64,000 nt of DNA from an uncultured Nitrospiraceae bacterium (lineage in GTDB: Bacteria > Nitrospirota > Thermodesulfovibrionia > Thermodesulfovibrionales > SM23-35), in the NCBI GenBank assembly GCA_963727775.1, contig CAVSHB010000001.1:512001-576000 (forward strand), read 5' to 3'. The notes under the pieces were generated by a model. The model ran no database searches and was not told the origin of the DNA. It saw nothing but the letters and a program-made list of their open reading frames with translations. The position numbers and the translations under genes are program-made. How positions within the stretch are numbered: the stretch's first letter is position 1; every line of letters starts with the position of its first letter. Below are positions 1 to 8,974 of the stretch, one piece after another.

Positions 1-58
1 CCTTTTATATCAAGACTTGGCCCTACGAAATCATCAAAAAAGCAACTAAAAAGAAAAT

Positions 59-672
59 CTATTTCGTGATAAATACCTTATGTTTTCCCAGTATCTTTCT
101 GAACTCAGGGTGTTTCCGGGCATTATTAAGGTCAGTGTCGAGCCTGAGAGCATCATAATCATTGAGACCTTTTCTAAGGGCTGCATCAATTTCATCGAGT
201 GCAAGGTCCACATCGCCTTTCAATGAATAGAAGCAGGCATAGTTATACCGTATTGTGAAGCGCTGTCGGGATTGAGTTCTTTCGCCTTCTTAAGGTCTTC
301 CGATGCTTTATTGAACTTTTTCTGCTGCATGTAAGCAACTGCCCTGATAGAGTAGGCATCGGCATAACCGGGGTCTTTTTGAATAGCTAACGAGAACTCC
401 TTTATTGCGTTATCGATATTCTCTTCAAATATGACCTTGCCGCGCGCATTTTTTGCATTGCTGACGTATGAGAGGCCCTGTTTGATATGGCTTTTCACTT
501 CCAGGCTGGGTCCCGATTCAGGTTTTGCACCCTGAGCAGGCTGGGCCGGTTGTGTTCCAGTAGCCGCCTTGGGTGTTTCGGCCTGTTTTGGTTGTGGTTT
601 CTCACAGCCGGAAAGAAGTAATCCAAGAAAAACTATACCTGTTATAAGAACTATTACTGACTTGTTGGTCAT
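59..672 (-). CDS. TPR-repeat lipoprotein, frameshifted near 250
   Basis: Lipobox LLLSGC and TPR-like helices; SD AGGAGGGG upstream. Another frame continues YNYACFYSLKGDVDLALDEIDAALRKG...DTDLNNARKHPEFRKIL to TAG at 59-61. Confidence 0.8.
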
Positions 673-811
673 TGATACCCCTCCTTTTTTATTTTTTATC
701 TGGTCATCTTTTGTGACAGACGCATATTCCAGTCTTGAGTAGTTGCTATCACCTGCGGGTTCTGATCAATATCAGCCTGACCTCGGATGTCAATAGTGGA
801 CACCAAACCTT

Positions 812-1672
812 TCATGCTGCCAGCTCTCGTGCATAGAATTGATACTCATAAGCAACTGGGGATAGATATCCAAGTCTTGCCTGTCGGCGCTGCCTGTTGT
901 AGAAGATCTCGATATATTCCGTGATATCCTGCACTGCCTCTTGTCTGTTCCTGTAGCGTCTGTGATGGACAAGCTCCTGCTTCAGCGTGCCCCAGAAACT
1001 CTCCATCGGGGCATTGTCATAGCAATTCCCTTTTCTACTCATTGATGCCGTCATGCCGAACTGATTAAGAAGCTTCCGATAATCATGAGCACAATATTGG
1101 CTCCCGCGATCCGAGTGATGAATCAGCCCCTTCCCTGGACGCTTCGCTGCAACGGCACGGAATAAAGACTGACTTACAAGGCTCTTCGTTATCCGTTCTC
1201 CCATTGCGTATCCGACTATCTCACCGTTAAAAAGATCCTTGTGCGCGGCAAGGTACAGCCATCCTTCATCGGTCCAAACATATGTTATATCGCTCAACCA
1301 TGCCATGTTCGGCCTGGATACTTCAAACTGCTGGTCCAGTAGGTTCTCAGCCACCGGAAGCGTATGTTTTGAGTCAGTTGTAGTTTTGAATTTCTTCGTC
1401 TGCTTACAGCGTATACCGAGCTTCTTCCTGAGTCGCTTGATCCGGCAAACACCCACTGCAATACCGTTGTCTGCCAAATCCTTCTGTAATCTCTCAGCGC
1501 CGCATACCCGCCGTGTCCTCTTATGTGCAGCCTTAATCTCAACCTCCAAGCGGGCGTCTTCCTGCCCCCGCTTAGAAAGCGGCCTTGTCACGTGTGCATA
1601 GTATCCGCTTGCCGATACGTTATATATCCGGCACATCAGCGGCACTGAATATTGAAGTCGCATTTCTTTCAT
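812..1672 (-). CDS. IS3-family transposase OrfB (DDE/rve domain)
   Basis: WLSDITY, HHSDRGSQY and CYDNAPMESFWGTLKQE motifs. Confidence 0.95.
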   Translation of the reverse strand: MKEMRLQYSVPLMCRIYNVSASGYYAHVTRPLSKRGQEDARLEVEIKAAHKRTRRVCGAERLQKDLADNGIAVGVCRIKRLRKKLGIRCKQTKKFKTTTDSKHTLPVAENLLDQQFEVSRPNMAWLSDITYVWTDEGWLYLAAHKDLFNGEIVGYAMGERITKSLVSQSLFRAVAAKRPGKGLIHHSDRGSQYCAHDYRKLLNQFGMTASMSRKGNCYDNAPMESFWGTLKQELVHHRRYRNRQEAVQDITEYIEIFYNRQRRQARLGYLSPVAYEYQFYARELAA

Positions 1673-1986
1673 TAGCGCGTACCGGGCAGCGACTCCTTCG
1701 CAAAGTACGCGGCAGCTTTTTTTAGCAGATCACGCTCCATTCTCGTCTCTACCAGCTCTTTCTTTACCCTTGCCAGTTCCATCTCTAGCTCCGTCAGTGG
1801 CTTCTGTGTCTTGCCTATATCTTCCAGCTTGCCAGCTTTATGCGCCTTGACCCAGTTCCCTAACGTCGAGGGCGGCAATGACAGCCGGTGAGCTGCCTCC
1901 AGCAACGATATACCCCCGGCTAACACCATCTTCACTGCCTCCCCACGAAACTCCTTCGTGTAACGTCCCTGCGGAATCCCTTTCAT
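1672..1986 (-). CDS. IS3-family transposase OrfA (HTH)
   Basis: RYTKEFR...AAHRLSLPPSTLGNWV HTH followed by a leucine-zipper-like tail; SD GGAGGTG before ATG 1986; TAATG overlap with orfB. Confidence 0.92.
   Translation of the reverse strand: MKGIPQGRYTKEFRGEAVKMVLAGGISLLEAAHRLSLPPSTLGNWVKAHKAGKLEDIGKTQKPLTELEMELARVKKELVETRMERDLLKKAAAYFAKESLPGTR
1676..1723 (-). promoter_or_regulatory. -1 programmed ribosomal frameshift signal of the IS3 element
   Basis: AAAAAAAG at 1723-1716 followed by a GCGTAC...GTACGC stem; the -1 frame is open into orfB. Confidence 0.8.
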
Positions 1987-2658
1987 TCTGACACCTCCGT
2001 CTTTCATTTATTTTATCTGACTTTGGTGTCCACTTTTTCCATCCTACATCAGCCCCTTTTTCCTGTTTCACCCTCTGTGGGACCAATGGCTTTGCATAGT
2101 AGAACGCATTCTGAACTGAACCGTTATTCCTGTTCAATCCATGGAGGAAATAATAAGTGAATATGCTGTTATTAAGCGAATCAGATTCCCATGATTGCTC
2201 CCCGGGGCCGCTTGCACCTATAAGAACCTTCCCGCAACTTTCGCTCCGGGAATCAACTGCAGATTTTGGCTTTGCCTTTGGTTTTGAGGGTGCTTCTTCA
2301 AGGACTATGTCCTTTGCACCGAGCAGCCTTTTCCCATATTCTTTAGATATTCCATACCCCTCGGCATCGCTTGCTCCAAGTGACTTCCCTCCGGGGGGAA
2401 GGAATCCGGGAACTTTCCTGTAAGCGCCGTTGCTGTAACAGGCATCAAGTATCATCACCAACCTTCTGGCACGAAGACCTTCAATAAAATCCTTAAGCAT
2501 CGTTTCGGTAATGGAAGTGTGCCAGATCCGCTCACGGGGTTTAACCTCTGAATCATAGGTGACGATAAAGACCCCGCCGAATTTTTCCGGTGGAGTGCCA
2601 TGGCTGCTCATGTAGACAGTGACAAGGTCATCCGGTTCCGCCATGCTCTCCTTAAAAC

Positions 2659-2940
2659 TTAATTTTCTGCCAGGAGCCATATCGACTGCGCATCATGGAT
2701 ACGCGGACCAAAGGCATAACCTTTCTTGACTGTTAAATCCTTTGTTACCTGGTCTTCCTTTCCTTGCGAGGCTACCTTCAGCGTTACCTGATAGCGGCCT
2801 TCCGGGACATCTTTCGGGATATCAAAATTTCCTTCAGCTTTTCTTGTACCAAGAGCAGAGGTTATTTCATTGTCAACGGAACCGAGTTCTTTCCATTCCT
2901 TTGCTTTCGGGTCATAGTAATGGAGGGTACTTGTCTCAGT
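2659..2940 (-). pseudogene. 3' fragment of a gene, possibly a beta-sandwich domain
   Basis: Stop-free stretch YYDPKAKEWKELGSVDNEIT...FDIPKDVPEGRYQVTLKV...LLAEN* with no start codon at its 5' end; it begins abruptly at an AT-rich block. Confidence 0.5.
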
Positions 2941-3111
2941 TTACTAAATATTTTTATAAAAGAATAATATTTTTTATTAAATTTATTATAAAAAATATAT
3001 AATGATTTAATAATCTAATAACTCTATTTTTACCATATGTGAAACCCACAGGAAACTACTTCATGTAGTTGCTATAATATTGACTGAAATGACCGGGATG
3101 ATTACTCAAGA

Positions 3112-4359
3112 ATGAAATTTGATATTGCTCCTTATCTTCAGGTATTCCGCAGCCGCAGAATTGCAGTTATAACTTTCCTCGGATTTTCCTCCGGCCTGCC
3201 TTTTGCATTGACCGGTGGCACTTTACAGGCATGGATGGCTGTATCAGGCATAAATTTGCATACTATCGGCATATTCACCCTGGTAGGATTACCATATGCA
3301 TTGAAATTCTTCTGGTCGCCTTTGATGGACCGGTTTGTCCCCCCATGGCTCGGAAGGCGAAGGGGGTGGATAATTATAACCCAGCTCAGCCTCGTCGCGG
3401 GAATTACAGCTATGGCTTTTAGCTCTCCACATAATGCGCTTCCTTTTTTAGCAGGGCTTGCACTAATGGTTGCTTTTACCTCGGCCTCTCAAGATATTGT
3501 GGTTGATGCATACCGTACCGATGTCTTGGCTGAACAGGAGCGCGGGGTCGGGGCAGCCGTGTTTGTTATGGGGTATCGCATAGCGCTGCTTGTTTCCGGC
3601 GCATTGGCCCTTATCCTGTCTGATCATATAGGATGGCGAAATACCTATCTGTTAATGGCCGGCGTTATGGGGATAGGGATAATCTCGACTATCTTAGGCC
3701 CCGAGCCTGATGGAAAAATCATTCCGCCAAAAAGCATGAAAGAAGCAATATGGGGCCCCATGAAAGATTATTTTTCAAGAACATCCGCCCTGCCGCTCTT
3801 ATTGGTAATAGTCCTTTATAAACTGGGGGATGCATATGCGAGCGCCTTGACTACGCCGTTTCTAATCAAAGGGTTGGGCTTTTCCGCCGGTGAAGTAGGC
3901 GCTATAAATAAAGGGCTCGGCTTTGCATCGCTGATTGTGGGTGCAATGTTCGGCGGCACTTTGATGGTCAAGCTCAGGCTTTTCCGGTCTCTAATGGTAT
4001 TTGGAATCCTCCAAGCAATATCCATCCTTTCATTTATGGCCCTCGCATGGACAGGAAAAAATTACGGGATGCTGATCTTTGCAGTGGCCTTCGAAAACAT
4101 GGCGGGCGGCATGGGGACCGCGGCCTTTGTCTCACTTCTCATGGCAATGTGTAACCATCGTTATACTGCGACACAATACGCCTTCTTGTCGTCACTCGCC
4201 GCCCTCGGCAGGATTTTTATCTCTCCAACATCCGGGTTTCTTGTTGAGTCCATAGGCTGGGCCGGTTTCTTTTTCGTGACCTTTCTTACGGCCCTTCCGG
4301 GATTGGGGCTTTTATGGTGGCTGAGGAATGTTATTTCGGATTTGGGAAGCGCGGCCTGA
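3112..4359 (+). CDS. ampG: AmpG family muropeptide MFS transporter
   Basis: LGFSSGLP, LKFFWSPLMD, SASQDIVVDAYR and YTATQYA motifs; TGcTATAAT upstream at 3070-3078. Confidence 0.93.
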   Translation: MKFDIAPYLQVFRSRRIAVITFLGFSSGLPFALTGGTLQAWMAVSGINLHTIGIFTLVGLPYALKFFWSPLMDRFVPPWLGRRRGWIIITQLSLVAGITAMAFSSPHNALPFLAGLALMVAFTSASQDIVVDAYRTDVLAEQERGVGAAVFVMGYRIALLVSGALALILSDHIGWRNTYLLMAGVMGIGIISTILGPEPDGKIIPPKSMKEAIWGPMKDYFSRTSALPLLLVIVLYKLGDAYASALTTPFLIKGLGFSAGEVGAINKGLGFASLIVGAMFGGTLMVKLRLFRSLMVFGILQAISILSFMALAWTGKNYGMLIFAVAFENMAGGMGTAAFVSLLMAMCNHRYTATQYAFLSSLAALGRIFISPTSGFLVESIGWAGFFFVTFLTALPGLGLLWWLRNVISDLGSAA

Positions 4360-5074
4360 ATACGATAATGCCTGGTTTATTGACTATATAGCTTATAAAA
4401 TCCTGGTCGACCACTTTACGTATTTCTTTGCGGGACGAAGCATGTCTGAGATAAACAGTATTTGCAGCTTTGATTATTATTCCGACATGCGAAACATCCA
4501 ATCCTTTCAGGCCGGAATATATCCCGATATAATCACCAGTCATCAGTTTCTCTAAGATTGGGCTGGCGACTGCAACTGACGGTATGTATTTAATTTCTTT
4601 CCGTACAGTAGGAATACCGGGCAGAAAATATCCCCCATCTTCTTTCTCGTTGACAATTTTTTGCGTACTTATTGTATTTTCTCCGCCAATGTCAGCTGTA
4701 ACATCAGCAATAAATTCCGCATTAAATTCTTTCCAGTCCGTAAAGAAATGGTTTCTGCTCATAAAGTCAACGATGCCGGACCTGTACCTGATTATTTTCA
4801 CATTAGATTCGAAGCCGGAGTAAGAACTTGAAAGTCTCATAGCTTCCACATATTCGACTAAGGTCAAGCAATCCACCCCTTCGAGATTTACAACAAAAAC
4901 CTCCGGCGTATTCTTGTCACCGATTAATGTTGATTCGGCATAATCTATTCCGAGGAATTGCCTGGACAAAAAATCTATTCGTTCTCCGATGTCACGCATT
5001 TTCGAGCCATTGCTTATTAGATGTTCCAGCTGTTCCCGGTAAAATTTGCCCAAAATAATTTGGCTACAGTGCAT
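4331..5074 (-). CDS. DUF1460 / AmiA-type N-acetylmuramoyl-L-alanine amidase (NlpC/P60 fold)
   Basis: VDCLTLVEYV, RNHFFTDW, GLDVSHVGI and LRHASS motifs; context next to ampG and nagA. Confidence 0.85.
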   Translation of the reverse strand: MHCSQIILGKFYREQLEHLISNGSKMRDIGERIDFLSRQFLGIDYAESTLIGDKNTPEVFVVNLEGVDCLTLVEYVEAMRLSSSYSGFESNVKIIRYRSGIVDFMSRNHFFTDWKEFNAEFIADVTADIGGENTISTQKIVNEKEDGGYFLPGIPTVRKEIKYIPSVAVASPILEKLMTGDYIGIYSGLKGLDVSHVGIIIKAANTVYLRHASSRKEIRKVVDQDFISYIVNKPGIIVFRPRFPNPK

Positions 5075-5118
5075 AGTCAATTATAATAAACTTACGCCGC
5101 TTAATAAAATTTGTGGGC

Positions 5119-5225
5119 GCCGACAGATACAGTATTTGCGCTCATTCTCGTCCGCCGCAGCGGACTCCGAGATAAATTCTTTCTTTGAAAGAATTTAAAA
5201 CCGCGCAAATACGGTATCTGTCGGC
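5119..5225 (-). repeat. Structured palindromic element, copy 1
   Basis: 23-nt outer IR with one mismatch enclosing hairpins TCCGC/GCGGA and AAATTCTTTC/GAAAGAATTT; shares CGCTCATTCTCG and CTCCGAG with copy 2. Confidence 0.8.
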
Positions 5226-5297
5226 AATTTTAATCGTGCAAATTAACTGGAAATAATTCTTTAACCCCTGAAAGTCTATATTATCTACAAAATGTGG

Positions 5298-5427
5298 TTG
5301 CAGCGGGGACGGCGTATTCGAGCGGATTCTTTTACCGATAGTCGAAGATATATTAAAAATAAGGAGGTAAAAGCCTCGGAGGTCGGAATGACCGAGAATG
5401 AGCGAGTGTACTCTGTCCCCGGTGCAA
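5298..5427 (+). repeat. Structured palindromic element, copy 2 (opposite orientation)
   Basis: Outer IR TTGCAGCGGGGAC/GTCCCCGGTGCAA, inner stems CTTTTACC/GGTAAAAG and GTC/GAC, and conserved CTCGGAG and CGAGAATGAGCG. Confidence 0.75.
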
Positions 5428-5449
5428 TGCCTGTGCTATCATAGCAATA

Positions 5450-6337
5450 ATGAAAATTATAGATATTCATACCCACGGGATAGGCGGCTATGACACACGG
5501 ACAACAGACGTGGACCAACTCCTCAAAATAGCCGAGATCCACGGTTCATATGGGGTATCTGAAATCCTGCTGTCCATATACTCCGCTACCATCAGAGTAA
5601 TGAGGGAGAATATGGGGATCGTCAAAAGGGGAATGGAAATCCAGGCTGTATTTGTGAACCGGCATAATGAACCTGAAACTCAGAATCCATCTTCAAAAAT
5701 AATCGGCGTTCACCTCGAAGGCCCTTTCCTGAACCCTGCAAAATGCGGCGCTATGAATGCGATAACATTTATCGAACCGGCAGAATCAAGATTTCAGGAA
5801 CTGATAGAGGGTTTTGAAAGTATTGTTAAGATAATTACTATTGCGCCAGAGATGAAGGGCGCCGTCGGGCTGATCAAAAAAATCTCCGATATGGGGATTA
5901 CTGTCAGCCTGGGACATTCCGACGCAACTTATGATGAAGCAGAAGCCGGCTTTCATGCGGGCGCAAAAGGCATTACACATCTCTTCAATGCGATGCGTGG
6001 TTTCCACCACAGGGAGCCCGGTATTGCCGGGTTCGGACTATTAAACCGGGATATCTACATTGAAATCGTTGCCGATCCCTATCATTTGCATGAAGAAACT
6101 CTTGAACTGGTATTTAAAGCAAAGGACCATAAGAAAATAATTATAGTCTCCGATACGGGGAAAGAGAGCAAGACCTTCCTGGAGGAGCGGGGCGTCATTG
6201 GTGCACATGGTAAACTTCTTGGAGGAAGTATGACAATCCCTGAATCGGCACAAATGTTAATTCAGAAGGGATATGATCGAAATGTTGTAATGGATTGTAT
6301 AACGAAAAATCCAGAAAAATATATCCGGAGGTGTTAG
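5450..6337 (+). CDS. nagA: N-acetylglucosamine-6-phosphate deacetylase (compact form)
   Basis: DIHTHG, GVHLEGPFL, SLGHSDA and THLFNAM motifs. Confidence 0.9.
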   Translation: MKIIDIHTHGIGGYDTRTTDVDQLLKIAEIHGSYGVSEILLSIYSATIRVMRENMGIVKRGMEIQAVFVNRHNEPETQNPSSKIIGVHLEGPFLNPAKCGAMNAITFIEPAESRFQELIEGFESIVKIITIAPEMKGAVGLIKKISDMGITVSLGHSDATYDEAEAGFHAGAKGITHLFNAMRGFHHREPGIAGFGLLNRDIYIEIVADPYHLHEETLELVFKAKDHKKIIIVSDTGKESKTFLEERGVIGAHGKLLGGSMTIPESAQMLIQKGYDRNVVMDCITKNPEKYIRRC

Positions 6338-6338
6338 T

Positions 6339-6554
6339 ATGGAAGAGAAGATTATTATCTACGGCAAGGAAGGTTGACCCTTCACGGAAAAAGCCAGGTC
6401 GGCTTATGGAAAAACTGCTGCATACTTCGATGTTAAGACAGACGCCGCAAAATTAGAGGAGATGTTGAAACATTCCGGGGGAATCCGGAAAGTGCCGGTT
6501 ATTATCGAAAAAGGAAAAGTGACCATCGGTTACGGGGGCGCCTGAGGCGTATAA
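6339..6554 (+). CDS. Glutaredoxin-like selenoprotein with two Sec (UXX-star type), 71 aa
   Basis: SD GGAGGTG. Reading TGA as Sec gives MEEKIIIYGKEGUPFTEKAR...GIRKVPVIIEKGKVTIGYGGAUGV*. TGA at 6375 and 6543, each followed by a SECIS-like hairpin. Confidence 0.85.
6391..6405 (+). promoter_or_regulatory. Putative bacterial SECIS 1
   Basis: AAGCC-AGGTC-GGCTT hairpin 13 nt after TGA 6375-6377. Confidence 0.65.
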
Positions 6555-6557
6555 ATC

Positions 6558-6572
6558 CCGATAGTTTATCGG
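6558..6572 (+). promoter_or_regulatory. Putative SECIS 2 (in the 3' UTR)
   Basis: CCGATA-GTT-TATCGG hairpin 12 nt after TGA 6543-6545. Confidence 0.5.
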
Positions 6573-6745
6573 CAACAAAGTCAAGAAACCTTAACATGAA
6601 GGATGGATGCCTGGGTGTCTCTATATTACTTTAGGCGTATTACTTAGGTTAGTGAATTAGCGAGAAAGAACCCGCCATAGAAAAGCATTGCAAAACCGCA
6701 TAATAAACTGAATAATAACATAAAAATTTATTATAATAGTTATAT

Positions 6746-7225
6746 ATGTGGTATGTGGTATACACAAAACCGAGGCAGGAAGATTCAGTTGCCTCATTGC
6801 TTCAAAGCATCGGGATTGAGGTCCTTAACCCGAAACTCAAGTCAAAGAAGTATAAACGTAACAGAATTTTTGAGGTCATAGAACCTTTGTTCCCGTGTTA
6901 TATCTTCGCTAATTTCGAAAAAGAGAAATATTCCCATCTCATAACGTATACAAGGGGGGTAAGGTATATTGTCGGCAAAAGCAAGCCTATTACAGTGCAT
7001 GACGAAATTATCGACGCTATAAAGGAAGGAATGGAAGGCAATCTTGTTATTGTTAAGTCCCGGCGGTTTATGAGTGGTGATAAAGTTATCATAAAAGACG
7101 GGCCTTTTAAAGAGTTTTATGGGATTTTTGAACGGGAGATTAAAGGCGTTGAAAGGGTAATGATTTTCCTTAATACAATTCAATGCAGACTCGAACTCGA
7201 TAGCTATTTTCTGGCTGCGGCATGA
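6746..7225 (+). CDS. rfaH: RfaH-like NusG-paralogue transcription antiterminator
   Basis: WYVVYTKPRQE, PLFPCYIF, TRGVRYIV and KOW-like GDKVIIKDGPF; heads the polysaccharide locus. Confidence 0.85.
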   Translation: MWYVVYTKPRQEDSVASLLQSIGIEVLNPKLKSKKYKRNRIFEVIEPLFPCYIFANFEKEKYSHLITYTRGVRYIVGKSKPITVHDEIIDAIKEGMEGNLVIVKSRRFMSGDKVIIKDGPFKEFYGIFEREIKGVERVMIFLNTIQCRLELDSYFLAAA

Positions 7226-7351
7226 AGGTAAAGTAAAGCAAGTGAAGATAAATAAGGAATTTGCTCTTCTGTTTCAGTGATTGTAATTGGTTCGTCCCTT
7301 GTATAACAGACTGAAAGCTTTTTTAAGAACATGCCCCAAAAGGACATGAAT

Positions 7352-7363
7352 GGCGGTAGCCTG
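7352..7363 (+). promoter_or_regulatory. ops element (RfaH loading site)
   Basis: GGCGGTAGCCTG matches GGCGGTAGnnTG and lies in the leader between the rfaH-like gene and rmlA. Confidence 0.85.
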
Positions 7364-7447
7364 TCTTGAAAATGTACATGGAGCGGTTTTGCGCTAAATA
7401 CTAACCTGTGGAAACCATTGTACCAAATGAATTAAAATAGGCGTGTT

Positions 7448-8320
7448 ATGAAAGGGATAATATTAGCAGGAGGCAGCGGAACAAGGCTTTATCCGGTTAC
7501 AAAGGGGATTTGTAAACAGTTGCTGCCCATTTACGATAAGCCCATGATTTATTACCCACTGTCTGTCCTGATGCTGTCGGGTATTAAAGACATACTGATC
7601 ATTTCTACCCAGCAGGATCTGCCCCGCTTTGTCAATATATTCGGTGACGGCTCTCATTTAGGACTGAGGTTTTCGTATAAGGAACAGCTCCATCCCGGAG
7701 GCATCGCAGAAGCCTTTATTTTGGGTGAAGAATTTATTGGCGGGGGCAACGTCTGTCTTGTCCTGGGTGACAATATTTTCTACGGGCATGGGCTTACAGG
7801 GATGCTGAAGAAGGCAATGAGCGACGTGGAAGCGAAAGGGGGGGCCACAATATTCGGCTATTACGTGAATGACTCAGAAAGGTACGGAGTTGTAGAGTTC
7901 GACGCGAAAGGTACCGTCCTGTCAATTGAGGAAAAACCTAAAGACCCTAAATCAAAGTATGCTGTAACAGGGTTATATTTCTATGACAATGAGGTTATAG
8001 AAATTTCAAAAACTATAAAGCCGTCACGAAGAGGCGAGCTTGAGATTACCGATGTTAACAAGGAATATTTGAAACAAAAAAAACTCAGGGCTGAATTGAT
8101 GGGCAGGGGATATGCCTGGCTTGATACGGGGACCCATGAAAGTCTTTTGGAGGCCGGGGAATTTATAGCAACAATAGAGAGGAGGCAGGGCTTGAAAATA
8201 GCCTGCGTGGAAGAAATCGCTTATAAATTAGGCTATATTGACAAGGACCAACTGTCAAGACTTGCCCAGCATTTGAACCATAATGAATACGGGAAATACC
8301 TATTGAGGCTTATAAAATAG
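7448..8320 (+). CDS. rmlA: Glucose-1-phosphate thymidylyltransferase
   Basis: [30 protein letters not shown] and WLDTGT motifs. Confidence 0.97.
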   Translation: MKGIILAGGSGTRLYPVTKGICKQLLPIYDKPMIYYPLSVLMLSGIKDILIISTQQDLPRFVNIFGDGSHLGLRFSYKEQLHPGGIAEAFILGEEFIGGGNVCLVLGDNIFYGHGLTGMLKKAMSDVEAKGGATIFGYYVNDSERYGVVEFDAKGTVLSIEEKPKDPKSKYAVTGLYFYDNEVIEISKTIKPSRRGELEITDVNKEYLKQKKLRAELMGRGYAWLDTGTHESLLEAGEFIATIERRQGLKIACVEEIAYKLGYIDKDQLSRLAQHLNHNEYGKYLLRLIK

Positions 8321-8368
8321 CCTGAATGCTTTTTGCAATCTCCATCATCTGCATTAATTTAGAGAACG

Positions 8369-8968
8369 ATGCCTTTTCATTTTAAGAATCTCGAAATTCC
8401 CGAGATTATCCTTATTGATCCCAGGATATTCAGGGATGAAAGAGGGTTTTTTATGGAGATGTACAAGCATTCGGAGTTTGCCCGCAACGGAATTGAAGAA
8501 CATTTTGTCCAGGATAATTATTCGAGGTCTTTATGCGGGGTATTGAGAGGGTTGCATTATCAGAAGAATCCGAACGCTCAGGGTAAGTTAGTCCAGTGCG
8601 TAAAAGGCAAAATCTTTGATGTGGCGGTAGATATAAGGAAAAGTTCCCCTACTTATGGGCGATGGGCTGGAGTTGAGTTGTCTGAAGATAACAGGCTTAT
8701 GCTCTATGTGCCTCCTGCATTTGCGCATGGTTTTGTTGTGCTGAGCGAATCAGCCGATATAATGTATAAGTGCACGAGAGAGTATTCACCCGCGGACGAC
8801 AGGGGTATTATCTGGAATGATCCCGATATTAATATAAAGTGGCCGGTCAGCAGCCCTGTTCTTTCTGAGAAGGACGGAGGCCATCCGGCATTGAAGGACG
8901 CCGAGAATAATTTCGAATACCTATCTGTATCCCCCCTTGCCAAGCGCGGAATTAAAGGGTGGGCATGA
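8369..8968 (+). CDS. rmlC: dTDP-4-dehydrorhamnose 3,5-epimerase
   Basis: DERGFF, VLRGLHYQ and FAHGF motifs. Confidence 0.96.
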   Translation: MPFHFKNLEIPEIILIDPRIFRDERGFFMEMYKHSEFARNGIEEHFVQDNYSRSLCGVLRGLHYQKNPNAQGKLVQCVKGKIFDVAVDIRKSSPTYGRWAGVELSEDNRLMLYVPPAFAHGFVVLSESADIMYKCTREYSPADDRGIIWNDPDINIKWPVSSPVLSEKDGGHPALKDAENNFEYLSVSPLAKRGIKGWA

Positions 8969-8974
8969 ATTGAA

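Larger units (their letters stand above)
778..2051 (-). mobile_element. IS3-family insertion sequence, 1274 bp
   Basis: Imperfect 30-bp terminal IRs TGATGTAGGATGGAAAAAGTGGACACCAAA / TGACCTCGGATGTCAATAGTGGACACCAAA; GCC direct repeat at 775-777 and 2052-2054; orfA plus orfB layout. Confidence 0.95.
696..2644 (-). pseudogene. Caspase-like (peptidase C14) protein, N-terminally truncated and interrupted by IS3
   Basis: SSHGT and ILDACYS His/Cys dyad motifs, plus ASGPGEQSWE and SIFTYYFL. Removing the IS and one GCC copy restores the frame ...EKGADIDQNPQVIATTQDWNMRLSQKMTR* (TAA at 696-698). Confidence 0.8.

Noticed and set aside
1838..2051. C-terminal 70 aa of the 280-aa ORF 1838..2680
   Set aside because: It is read-through into the IS3 end; the native terminus lies at 696-777.
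2967..2998. Inverted repeat ATATTTTTTAT/ATAAAAAATAT
   Set aside because: It lies in an almost pure A/T block, so chance is likely.
3054..3070. Palindrome AACTAC-N5-GTAGTT just upstream of the ampG -10
   Set aside because: Possible operator, but a single 6-bp-arm instance with no regulator in view.
5119..5427. glmS ribozyme, hammerhead, tRNA or integron attC as the identity of the structured repeats
   Set aside because: I could not find the glmS core, CUGAUGA/GAAA, a T-loop cloverleaf or RYYYAAC/GTTRRRY ends, and no integrase is nearby.
5285..5542. 85-aa minus-strand ORF over the repeat and the nagA start
   Set aside because: Shadow ORF with no recognisable motif.
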